From an uncultured bacterium (lineage in GTDB: Bacteria; Krumholzibacteriota; Krumholzibacteriia; LZORAL124-64-63), in NCBI GenBank assembly GCA_963727525.1, contig CAVSGO010000006.1:32001-96000 (forward strand): a stretch of DNA of 64,000 nt. The letters run 5' to 3'. Of the stretch, positions 39,021 to 49,973 are shown piece by piece. The notes under the pieces were generated by a model that worked only from the letters and a program-made list of their open reading frames with translations, did not search any database and was not told the DNA's origin. Position numbers and translations under genes: made by a program. The stretch's first letter is position 1. Every line of letters begins with the position of its first letter.

Positions 39021-42000
39021 TCACCGCACCAACATCATCTTGTGCAACATCGTCTCGCCCGTCGCTTCGAGGCGGCAGAAGTAGAGACCGCTCGCCGTCT
39101 CGCGCCCGGATCCGTCCCGTCCATCCCAGCGCACCTCGTGCCGGCCCGCCGGCAACACGTCGGCGACCAGCCTGCGCACCCGTACGCCGCGCACGTCGTA
39201 GATTTCGAGCTGTATGGGGCCGGGTGCGGCGAGGTCGAACGCGATCACCGTCTGGGGGTTGAAGGGATTCGGGGCGTTGCCCACGACCCGGGTGACGGTG
39301 GGGAGCGTCGCCGGCGCCGCCGTGGCGGTGGCGCTGCCGACCAGCAGGTTCAGTCCCCACGTCTGGAACGCGCCGAGCGCGCCGAAGGCGGTGTCGGCCA
39401 CGAAGATGGTCCAGTCGCCCTGAGGGTCCGCGCCCAGGAAGTCATCGAGTGATCCGGGACCGTCGACCACGAGGTTGGCGGGCCAGTTGCCCACGATGTC
39501 GTCGTTGATGCTGCCCGAGTGGTCGTGCAGCGTGACCACCGTACCCTGCGGATTCGTGAGCGTGACGACGAGCTGGCCGATCGAGGGATGCGTGATGGCG
39601 ATGTCCACCGAAACGCCGAGCAGCGCGCCGGTGTCGCCGACGTTGATGTTGCTGGTCATGCCGGCGGGGTTGTTGTCGGGAATCGGCAGGTTCACGCTGG
39701 CTGTCTCGTGCACGGCGACCACGGGGAAGAGCGTGAAGTCCACGCCGGAGAGCGTCTGTCCGTCAGCCAGCGCCACGGTGCGAGTCGCTGGCGCGTAGCC
39801 GTCGCGGCTCACGGTCATCGCGTAGTTGCTCGCCCACAGACCGGCGATCGTGTAGGCCCCATCGGAACCGGTGTTGGCGCTGTGGAAGGGGCCCGCCGTG
39901 ACGGTGATGCCGGACGCGTCACCGCCGTCCTCCAGGCTCACCACCCCGGAGATCGACGAGGTGCCGGGCGACTCGGGCGCCGTCAGGTAGGCCAGCGCGT
40001 TTTCAGTGAGCAAGCGGGCCTGATCCGGGTTCAAGTAGCCGAAGTCGAAGGGGAGGAAGACGATCTGTCCCGCGTCCGGCCCGGAGTTGTCGTCATAGAG
40101 GAGCACGCCGGCGGAATCGATGCTGAACACGGAATGCATGATCACGAGCGCGTCGGCCGTCGGCAGTGCGAGGTCGCACGCTCCCACGTCGAAACCGGCA
40201 TCCACGCCGGTTTCGATGTCGTCGGGAAGGCGGTGCGGCCGGTTCAGGAACAGGTGGTGATCCTCATCCGGATTGGGCACGAGCAACGTGCCCGAATCAC
40301 CCCACCAGTCCGCGGTGTGCAGGACCGTGCGGGTGAAGGCGTCGCTGAACGGAGGACTCTGGTAGGCGCGGTACACGATATCGCCGCCCTCGATCATCAG
40401 ACGGCCACCGCTCTGTACCCAGGCCAGCAGGCGGTCGCGCAACTCCGGATTCTGCAGGGGCTGTTGATTGTTGCCACACGAGATCACCACGGCATCGTGT
40501 CCGGGCAGACTGTTCTGGCCGACATCGGCCGCGTCCACCTGATCGACGACATAACCGGCATCGATCAGCCACTGCGCGATGTCCGCGGCCGAGGTGGCGG
40601 GTTCGACGGGAACACCGCGGGGGGAGCCCGATGGCTCCTGCTCTCGCGCCGCGTAGTTGAAGAGGTTGTCGATCACGAGCACGCGGGCCAGGGCGGCGAC
40701 CACGGTAAAGGTGAATGGGCCGGCGGTGGTCGTGTTGGGGATGGCGGCCACATCCTGTGCCGCCAGGCGGTACGTCACGGTGTCGCCCACCTGCAGCGAT
40801 CCGGCCGCGAGCGGGAAGTCCACACCGTAGCCATCACCGTCGGGCGCCAGCGCGACGGGCCCTTGCTGCGCGCCACCGTTCACTGCGAACGTGAGCGTGA
40901 CGTCGGCGATGCCGATGTTGTCGGATGCCAGCGCGAAGACCCGCGGCGGCCACGTTGCCAGGGTCTGGTCGATGAGCGGCGCGTGGAAGAGTTGCGGCGC
41001 GATGGTATCGACCCCGATACCGAAGCCGTACACGCCGGTGGGCGCGTTCAGCGGTGCCCGGATGGTGATGCCCTGTGCGTCGCTCGCCTCGAGGTAGTAG
41101 TCGACGATGCCACCCGCCTGACCAGGGATCTCGCCCGTGTAGGCGTCGCCGCCCGCGGGGGTCAGTGGCGCCGTTTGCCAGGGGCCGCCATCCACGCGCC
41201 ACACCAGGGAGAGCGTGGCGCCGGCCAGACCCTGGCGGTCGGTGATCGTCGCCGTGACGACGTATGGTCCCACAGTGTCCTCGGTGTCCACGAGCGGCGT
41301 GTGCGCGATGGAGGGGCCCCAGTAGGTGACGGCCGCGTAGGCGTCGACGATGCCCCAGCCGTAGTCGTTGTCGGGGTTGTCCGTGCGGTCGGCGGTGGCC
41401 TTGAGCGCGTCGCGCACCTGGGCCGGTGTGAGCGAGGGCACCCGCTCCAGAATGAGGGCGGCCACGCCCGCCACGAGCGGTGTCGCGAAACTGGTGCCGT
41501 CCACGGCAGAGTAGCCCGTCGCGCCGTCCCAGTAGGCCACGATGTTACTCACGCCCTGGGCGCTGAGGTCGGGCTTGATGCGGCCGTCGTAGGTGGGACC
41601 GGGCGAGCTGAACGAGGCGATGTTGCCGTCGAGGTCCACCGCCGCGAGGGCCAGCACGTTGTGGCCATCGGCAGGGGGCAGGATGTGGGGGAAGTCGGAA
41701 TTCTGCCGCTCGTTGCCGGCGCTATTGAAGACGCAGACGCCCAGATCGAACGCCATGTCGGCCGCGATGGTGGTGACGGCCGTGTCGCCGTCGAGGTCGC
41801 TGAAGTCGTACCAGTAGTAGTAGCCCAGACTGCTGGTGACGACGTCCACGCCGAGCGACTCCTCCCACTCGATGCCCGCGACCCAGTTGTCCTCCTCGAT
41901 GGGCGTCTCGCTCTCGATGTCCTCGGTCTTGGCGAGGATCGCCGAGGCGCCATAGGCCGTGCCGATCAGCTCGCCGTTCTTGAAGCCCATGACGAGTGAG

Positions 42001-42791
42001 AGCGTCTCGGTGCCGTGCCGGGCCTGCTGGAAGTAGTCGCCGGGTTCCTGCGCCACGATGGTGTCGTTGTCGACGAAGTCGTACTGGGCGATGACGTCGA
42101 TGTTCTGCAACGCCATGTGGGTGCGGTTGAAGCCGGAGTCGAGCATACCCACGATCACGCCGTGTCCGCTGAGGCCCAGCTCGTGGGCGGGCGGCACGTC
42201 GATCTGCTCGAGGGTGGCCAGACTGGAGCCATAGCTGAGTTGCCAGCGATCTCCGGACGCGGCCCTGGCCGCATCGTTGCGGGCGGCAGCCCGGGCCTCG
42301 TCGGCTGGCGACACGGCCAGCTCGGGGCGGACGAACTTCGCCACCAGGTCCACCCTGGTCACGAAGGGCAAGCGCGCGATGGCGGCGATCTGGTCCGGCC
42401 TGGCGTTCACGCTGATGGCATCGAGCCAGCGCGACGTCCGGCGTAGGGCCGCGCCGGTGGCCGTGACGGCGCGCACGTAGGCGGCGTCCACGGGCAGGTC
42501 GTGGGTGTCCACGAGGCGGGACCCCGCCGGTTTCACCCTGGCGCGACGGGCCAGCGCGCGCGCCGTCAGGCGCTGCTCCTCGCGGTCGAGGGCGGCCGGC
42601 AGGTCGGATGCGCTCACGCCCTTGTCGGTGAACGAGACCCAGATGGCCCAGGTGCCGTCGGCCTGACGCAGGGGCGCTGCGGGATCGGTGAGCGCGTGGG
42701 CGAGGCGCGGCGAAACTTCGGCGCGCGCCGCGCTCGGCACGACCAGGACCACGGTCACGGCGAGGATCAGCGTCATCAGGAAACGGCGCAT
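39021..42791 (-). CDS. Large secreted S8 peptidase with carboxypeptidase-regulatory-like, proprotein-convertase P and FlgD-Ig domains
   Basis: Triad LDSG, HGT and GTSFATP; SAGNE; P-domain IPDNN...ITHPSIGQL...GDW; C-terminal APNPFNP. Confidence 0.92.
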   Translation of the reverse strand: MRRFLMTLILAVTVVLVVPSAARAEVSPRLAHALTDPAAPLRQADGTWAIWVSFTDKGVSASDLPAALDREEQRLTARALARRARVKPAGSRLVDTHDLPVDAAYVRAVTATGAALRRTSRWLDAISVNARPDQIAAIARLPFVTRVDLVAKFVRPELAVSPADEARAAARNDAARAASGDRWQLSYGSSLATLEQIDVPPAHELGLSGHGVIVGMLDSGFNRTHMALQNIDVIAQYDFVDNDTIVAQEPGDYFQQARHGTETLSLVMGFKNGELIGTAYGASAILAKTEDIESETPIEEDNWVAGIEWEESLGVDVVTSSLGYYYWYDFSDLDGDTAVTTIAADMAFDLGVCVFNSAGNERQNSDFPHILPPADGHNVLALAAVDLDGNIASFSSPGPTYDGRIKPDLSAQGVSNIVAYWDGATGYSAVDGTSFATPLVAGVAALILERVPSLTPAQVRDALKATADRTDNPDNDYGWGIVDAYAAVTYWGPSIAHTPLVDTEDTVGPYVVTATITDRQGLAGATLSLVWRVDGGPWQTAPLTPAGGDAYTGEIPGQAGGIVDYYLEASDAQGITIRAPLNAPTGVYGFGIGVDTIAPQLFHAPLIDQTLATWPPRVFALASDNIGIADVTLTFAVNGGAQQGPVALAPDGDGYGVDFPLAAGSLQVGDTVTYRLAAQDVAAIPNTTTAGPFTFTVVAALARVLVIDNLFNYAAREQEPSGSPRGVPVEPATSAADIAQWLIDAGYVVDQVDAADVGQNSLPGHDAVVISCGNNQQPLQNPELRDRLLAWVQSGGRLMIEGGDIVYRAYQSPPFSDAFTRTVLHTADWWGDSGTLLVPNPDEDHHLFLNRPHRLPDDIETGVDAGFDVGACDLALPTADALVIMHSVFSIDSAGVLLYDDNSGPDAGQIVFLPFDFGYLNPDQARLLTENALAYLTAPESPGTSSISGVVSLEDGGDASGITVTAGPFHSANTGSDGAYTIAGLWASNYAMTVSRDGYAPATRTVALADGQTLSGVDFTLFPVVAVHETASVNLPIPDNNPAGMTSNINVGDTGALLGVSVDIAITHPSIGQLVVTLTNPQGTVVTLHDHSGSINDDIVGNWPANLVVDGPGSLDDFLGADPQGDWTIFVADTAFGALGAFQTWGLNLLVGSATATAAPATLPTVTRVVGNAPNPFNPQTVIAFDLAAPGPIQLEIYDVRGVRVRRLVADVLPAGRHEVRWDGRDGSGRETASGLYFCRLEATGETMLHKMMLVR

Positions 42792-42873
42792 GGGGGGGCT
42801 CCTTGTCGGGCGCGGGCTCCGCCGTGGCGACGACGGAGCCCGCTGGGGTGGAACGCGCGTGTGGAAGAGCGAC

Positions 42874-44247
42874 CTAGCGGACCAGCATCATCTTGCTGGC
42901 GCGTACGGCCGTATCCGTCACCATCTGCAGCATGTAGGTGCCCGACGGCACGGCGCGGCCGGTCGTGTCGGTGCCCGGCCACAACAGCGCATGCTCGCCG
43001 GCGTCAAAAAGCTCGTTGGCTAGCTCGGTGACCTTGTGCCCGTGCATGTCGAACACGGTGAGGCGCACGTTCTGCGGCTGCGCGAGGCTGAACTTCACGT
43101 TCGTCATCGGGTTGAACGGGTTCGGCGACGCGCCGAGCAGAGCCGTGGCCGGCTGCGGGGTGTCCTGGGGCTGGGTCTGGCCGTGGTCCTCGGTGCTTAC
43201 CGAATTGTCGAGGCGCGCCATGAAGGCGAGATTGAGGAAGCCGCCTTCCTCCACGTAAGACCCGGTGATCGTGTTGCCGTCGCCGGAAATACTCATCGCC
43301 CTCGTAAGCGTCAGACCATCGGCGCCCACCACGTTGTGCCCGGCGAAGTAGTCGGATAGGGTCTGCAGACCCTCGTCCACGGTCCAGATGATCGCCGTGA
43401 CCGAGCTGAAGAACGGGTCGCCGCTGAAACCCACGACCTTGCCGTCGTCCGAAATGCTCAGGCCGGTGCTGCCGTAGGGCTCGTCACCCGGCAGCGTGCC
43501 GATCGGCACCACACCGACGACGTTGTCCCAGTAGAACGCCTCGTTGTTGATGACGCCCGTCATCTTGGTGCCGTCGCTGCTCACGGCATAGACCTCACCC
43601 GGCAAGTCGGGGTCGGCGAGCAACTGAGGGCCGCTGACGTCATCCGTCCAGAAGGCCGCTCGGCGGAAGCCCATGGTTGGATGTTCGTCGAAGCCCACCG
43701 TCACCGTGCCGTCGTCGGAAATATCGGTGGCGCGACTGCTGTTGCCCGAGGAGCCCAGGTTGACGGTGCCGACACCCTGGGTCCACTTGAAGGCCACGGC
43801 GTCGCAGCTGATCCAGCCGAGGCCCACGCCGATCGAACCGTCGAAGTTCAGCGCGTAGCCTGAGCTGAGATCGGAACCGCACGGGGCGCCACCGGGCATT
43901 TCGTCCATGAAGACGAAGCCGCCGGCGGGCGTCCAGTAAGCGGCAGCGTTGAGCCCGTCACTGTTCGGGCGCGTGAAGCACAGCGTGGAACCGTCGCCGG
44001 AGATGGTGCCGCCGCTCGTGGAGAGGCCGCCGGTGTCGATCGTCATGAAGCCGTCGGCCTCGGTCCAGTAAAAGTAGTCGTTCCAGGCGCCGCCCATGGC
44101 CTGGCCGTCGTACGACAGGTAGAGGGTGCCGCCAAAGAACGATCCAGGCAGGTCGGTCAACGGGATGAACGTACCGGTCGCGAACGCTCCGGTCGCGCCG
44201 ATCGCGATGAGCGCGACCACACTCAGGATCATGAGCAGTTTCTTCAT
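42874..44247 (-). CDS. Secreted HAF-repeat-like beta-propeller protein with FlgD-Ig C-terminal domain
   Basis: Repeats ISxDGxxxxG...AFxWT; signal peptide; C-terminal SPNPFNP. Confidence 0.82.
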   Translation of the reverse strand: MKKLLMILSVVALIAIGATGAFATGTFIPLTDLPGSFFGGTLYLSYDGQAMGGAWNDYFYWTEADGFMTIDTGGLSTSGGTISGDGSTLCFTRPNSDGLNAAAYWTPAGGFVFMDEMPGGAPCGSDLSSGYALNFDGSIGVGLGWISCDAVAFKWTQGVGTVNLGSSGNSSRATDISDDGTVTVGFDEHPTMGFRRAAFWTDDVSGPQLLADPDLPGEVYAVSSDGTKMTGVINNEAFYWDNVVGVVPIGTLPGDEPYGSTGLSISDDGKVVGFSGDPFFSSVTAIIWTVDEGLQTLSDYFAGHNVVGADGLTLTRAMSISGDGNTITGSYVEEGGFLNLAFMARLDNSVSTEDHGQTQPQDTPQPATALLGASPNPFNPMTNVKFSLAQPQNVRLTVFDMHGHKVTELANELFDAGEHALLWPGTDTTGRAVPSGTYMLQMVTDTAVRASKMMLVR

Positions 44248-44437
44248 GATTGCCTCCAGGGGACATGGCTGGGATTGCCTTGGACACGGATGTGCGATTG
44301 GCCGAAGATCTTGCCAAGTGCCGCAGATCCTAGCAAAATCGGATGGGTCCTAGCAGATTTTCCGGATGGCGTTGACGTTTATGATTTAACAGAATTGGCC
44401 GGCGTCACGGGGTCGCGACGCCGGCCAATGGGGCGGC

Positions 44438-46342
<1,905 letters not shown>

Positions 46343-46422
46343 CGTGCCTCCGGCTTCCTTCTCGCGTCCACGTGGTGTCTGGTGAGCGGGATATCTTAAT
46401 ACGATTTCGGTCCGCGGTCAGG

Positions 46423-48213
46423 TCAAGATTGGGCGTCCAGCTCGGTCCAGCGGCTGTACAGCGCGGCGAGCTGACCCTCGAGGCCGGCGAGGGTGTCGCG
46501 CAGTCCGGCCACCGTGTCGCCGGCGTCCCGGTAGAGGTGCGGGTCGGCGAGGCGGGTCCGCACCCTGGCTTGCTCGATCTCGAGCGCCTCGATCCGTCCG
46601 GGCAGGGCCGCCAGCTCCTGCTGCTCCCGGTAACCGAGGCGCCGCGGCTTCGCGGCAAGGGACGGCGTGGGACGCGTCTTGCGCTCGCCGCGCTCGGCTC
46701 GGGGCTCGGCACTGGCCCGGGCGGTGCGCAGCCAGTCGCTGTACCCGCCCACCGTCTCCACCACGCGGCCGTCGCCGGCCAGGGCCAGGGTGCTGGTGGT
46801 GACATTGTCGAGGAACTCGCGGTCGTGGCTCACCAGCAGGATCGTGCCCGCGAAGGTGCCGAGCAGTTCCTCGAGCAGCTCGAGCGTTTCCAGATCGAGG
46901 TCGTTCGTGGGTTCATCGAGCACCAGCAGATTGGCCGGCCGGGCGAAGAGGCGTGCCAGCAGGAGGCGGTTGCGCTCGCCTCCTGAGAGGCGGGTGATGG
47001 GGGCCCGGGCACGGTCGGGCGAGAAGAGGAAGCTGCCGAGGTAGCTGATGATGTGCACCGGCCTGCCGTCCACGATCACGGTATCGCCCTCGGCGCCCAC
47101 GTTCTCCTGTACGGTGGCTGTTTCGTCGAGCTGGGCGCGTTGCTGGTCGAAGTAGGCGATCGCCAGGTTGGTGCCGTGGTGCACCTGGCCGCCGGCCGGG
47201 CTCAGTTCGCCCAGCAGCAAGCGCAGCAACGTCGTCTTGCCCGAGCCGTTGGGGCCGAGGATACCCACCTTGTCGCCGCGCAGCACCGTGCCGGAGAAGT
47301 CGTCCACGACCGTTCGGTCCCCCCACGCGAAGTTCACGCGCTCCGCCCGGATTACCAGGCGACCGCTGCGGTCGGCCTCCTGCAGCGGCATCTGCACGTC
47401 GCCGGTTTGCACGCGTCGGTCGCGCCGCTCCTCGCGCATCTGCATCAAGGAGCGCACCCGTCCCTCGTTGCGCGTACGACGCGCGAGGATGCCCTGCCGG
47501 ATCCATGCCTCCTCCTGGGCGAGCTTCTTGTCGAACTGCGCCCACTGTTGCCGTTCGGTCTGCATCACGGCGTCGCGTCGCACCAGGAAGGTGGGATAGT
47601 CGCAGGCCCAGTCGCGCAGCCGGCCGCGGTCCAACTCGACGATACGTCCGGCGAGGCCGCGCAGGAACGCGCGATCGTGGGTGACGAAGAGCAGAGTGCC
47701 GCGAAAGCGTTGCAACTCGCTCTCGAGCCAGGTGATGGCCTCGACGTCGAGATGATTGGTGGGCTCGTCGAGCAGCAGCACGTCGGGGTCGATCACCAGG
47801 GCGCGTGCCAGGAGGGCACGACGTTTGGCCCCGGTGGACAGGGTGGCGAAGTCGGCGTCCATGGCCAGACCGGCCCGGGTGACGGCCTGCTCCACGAGGT
47901 GCTGCATCTCCCAGGGCGTGTCGCCTCCCGGGAGGTCGGCGAGGGCAGCCGCCACCACCTGGCCCACCGTACCGCCGAGATCGGCCGGTACCTCCTGCGG
48001 CATCAACCCTATCCGCAGCCCAGCCGTGCGCAAGATCTCGCCGCTGTCGGGCGCCAGCGCGGCGGAGAGCAGCCTCAGCAGTGTCGACTTGCCCTCGCCG
48101 TTGCGGCCCAGCAGCGCGATGTGATCCCCCTTCTCCACGCGCAGGTCGACGTCCACGAGCACGGGCGGCCCGCCGAGCGAGAGCGTCACGGACTTCAGCT
48201 CGAGTATTGCCAT
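46423..48213 (-). CDS. uup: ABC-F family ATPase Uup
   Basis: Two ABC domains (GRNGEGKST, GPNGSGKTT; DEPTN twice); linker WIRQGILARRTRNEGRVR; C-terminal coiled coil. Confidence 0.93.
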   Translation of the reverse strand: MAILELKSVTLSLGGPPVLVDVDLRVEKGDHIALLGRNGEGKSTLLRLLSAALAPDSGEILRTAGLRIGLMPQEVPADLGGTVGQVVAAALADLPGGDTPWEMQHLVEQAVTRAGLAMDADFATLSTGAKRRALLARALVIDPDVLLLDEPTNHLDVEAITWLESELQRFRGTLLFVTHDRAFLRGLAGRIVELDRGRLRDWACDYPTFLVRRDAVMQTERQQWAQFDKKLAQEEAWIRQGILARRTRNEGRVRSLMQMREERRDRRVQTGDVQMPLQEADRSGRLVIRAERVNFAWGDRTVVDDFSGTVLRGDKVGILGPNGSGKTTLLRLLLGELSPAGGQVHHGTNLAIAYFDQQRAQLDETATVQENVGAEGDTVIVDGRPVHIISYLGSFLFSPDRARAPITRLSGGERNRLLLARLFARPANLLVLDEPTNDLDLETLELLEELLGTFAGTILLVSHDREFLDNVTTSTLALAGDGRVVETVGGYSDWLRTARASAEPRAERGERKTRPTPSLAAKPRRLGYREQQELAALPGRIEALEIEQARVRTRLADPHLYRDAGDTVAGLRDTLAGLEGQLAALYSRWTELDAQS

Positions 48214-48248
48214 GGCACCATATGCGTCGCGGAAGGAAAGGCGTCCGC

Positions 48249-48794
48249 TCAGATGCTCCAGTTGACGAGCGGCAGCACCGGGAGCTTCGACTTGCTCTGG
48301 ATGATGTTCAGCACCCCGATCTGCAACCCGTGCATTTTCTGGGCGACGTTCACCACGCCGACCTGGACGCCGTTGAAATCGTCGGACACGTTCACGAGAC
48401 CCCACTGCAGGCCCTCGGCCCGCCGGTTCACGTTGACGGCGCCTGACTGCACACCCTGCAGGAAGCCGTCGGTCCGGCTGTAGAACCCGGCCTGCCAGCC
48501 GCTGAAGTCGCCGTCGGTGAGTCCCACGAGAGCCCACTGCACGCCGACCTGGTCGCCGTGCGCGACGGTGATCAGGCCCCAGTCGAGTCCCTTGACGTCG
48601 CGGTTCACGCCATAGAGCAGGGCGAGACGCAGTGCGCTCACCGACGTCTCCTCGCCGGTGGTCTGGACCGGGCTGAACAGCGCGAGATTGAGCGGGCTGC
48701 GGGCCTCGTCGGCCGCGGCGGCCGTGGTCGGTGCGACCACGGCCGGCGTGGCCAGGGCGAGAACGAGGAACGCGTGGGCGAGCGCGTGTCTCAT
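48249..48794 (-). CDS. Secreted short-repeat protein (LA_2272-like GxQxGxxN repeats)
   Basis: Tandem GLQ/GVQ-xG-xxN repeats; signal peptide; C-terminus LPLVNWSI. Confidence 0.8.
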   Translation of the reverse strand: MRHALAHAFLVLALATPAVVAPTTAAAADEARSPLNLALFSPVQTTGEETSVSALRLALLYGVNRDVKGLDWGLITVAHGDQVGVQWALVGLTDGDFSGWQAGFYSRTDGFLQGVQSGAVNVNRRAEGLQWGLVNVSDDFNGVQVGVVNVAQKMHGLQIGVLNIIQSKSKLPVLPLVNWSI

Positions 48795-48816
48795 GATCGG
48801 ATCCTGTCGTTGCGAA

Positions 48817-49608
48817 CTATAGCGCGTCGCGCGTGACCGTGGCGTTCTCCACGATGACGTCGTACGCGTAACCCGCGCCGAAATCCTTGTTCGTGGCGAC
48901 GGTGCCCTTGATCAGGACCACGTCGCCGACCTTGGCGTCGCCGTCGGTGGTGACGGTGAGGTCGCCGTCGGCGCCGTTGCTGCTGCCGTCCTGGATGTGC
49001 AGCCAGTTCTTGCCCATCACGTTGCCGGTGCGCTTGACCACCTGGCCGCGCACGAGCACCTGCTTGCCGGCGAGCTTGGCGGCATCGGCGTGGATCTCCG
49101 CCACGGTCACGCCACCGGCAGCCTTGGCCACGCTGCCGGCCGCCACGGTGACGTCGGCCTGATTCAGACCGGAGTGCGGATTGCTGCCACCGCTCATCGC
49201 GCCGCCGCCCATGGAGGCCGGCATGTTCGATGCGCCGCCCTTCTGGATGGCGTTGACGAAGTAGATCTCCGGGAAAGTGCGGTCGAGCGTCTTGCTGGCG
49301 AAGTCCTTCATCACCATGCCGGCGGGCATGGTCACCTCATCGCCCACGGCCACCTCGGTGGTGGGGCCGGCCGCCCAGACGTCGCCATCGGCGGTCTTCA
49401 CGTGGACGTAGGTATAGCCGCCGGAATCCATCGTCTCGGTGACCTCGCCGCTGATGCTGGCCGGGGTCGCGGACGGAGGCGCGGCCTGCTGGCCCTGCGC
49501 GGGGGTGTTCGCGCTGGCCTGCTGCTGGGCGCTGGTGTCGCTCTTGCCCCCGCAGCCGGCGAGCAGGGCGATCAAGGCGATGGCGGCAAGTAACGTACGG
49601 ACCATCAT
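48817..49608 (-). CDS. Lipoprotein with two OB-fold domains (NrfJ-like)
   Basis: Lipobox LAGC; GEVTETMDSGGYTYV; F.SKTLDRTF..IYF; GKNWLHIQDG; KDFGAGYAY. Confidence 0.8.
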   Translation of the reverse strand: MMVRTLLAAIALIALLAGCGGKSDTSAQQQASANTPAQGQQAAPPSATPASISGEVTETMDSGGYTYVHVKTADGDVWAAGPTTEVAVGDEVTMPAGMVMKDFASKTLDRTFPEIYFVNAIQKGGASNMPASMGGGAMSGGSNPHSGLNQADVTVAAGSVAKAAGGVTVAEIHADAAKLAGKQVLVRGQVVKRTGNVMGKNWLHIQDGSSNGADGDLTVTTDGDAKVGDVVLIKGTVATNKDFGAGYAYDVIVENATVTRDAL

Positions 49609-49678
49609 CGTGAGCCTCCCAAGGGTTTCGAGATTGCCTAGCATGGCCACAAGATAGACCGTACGGGTGGTATTTCAA

Positions 49679-49857
49679 CCCACCTAATTCATGCTGTCGC
49701 GTAGCGAGGCGAGTGGAACGGTCTCTGTGAGCGGGATCTCGCAGGGTTTGTGAGGGAGCCGTACCCGCTGGGGTACGGTGACCGCAGCAAACCCGAGAAA
49801 GCCCGCTCACAGAGACCCGTGACGCCGCCGCAGTAGCGATAGCATGAATTAGGTGGG
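49679..49857. mobile_element. MITE-like non-autonomous element, copy 2 (179 bp)
   Basis: 22-bp TIR CCCACCTAATTCATGCTGTCGC with one mismatch; 5-bp direct repeat TTCAA at 49674-49678 and 49858-49862; inverted near-identical copy at 11819-11996. Confidence 0.85.
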
Positions 49858-49973
49858 TTCAAGTCGGGCGAGAACCCCCAGGTGCCCAGTTTCGCGCTTG
49901 TCGTGGCGGGACCGATGCCGTTTGCTAGAGTCTCCCGGTAGCCGCGACGGCGCCGGCCACGAGGGAGTGCGCC

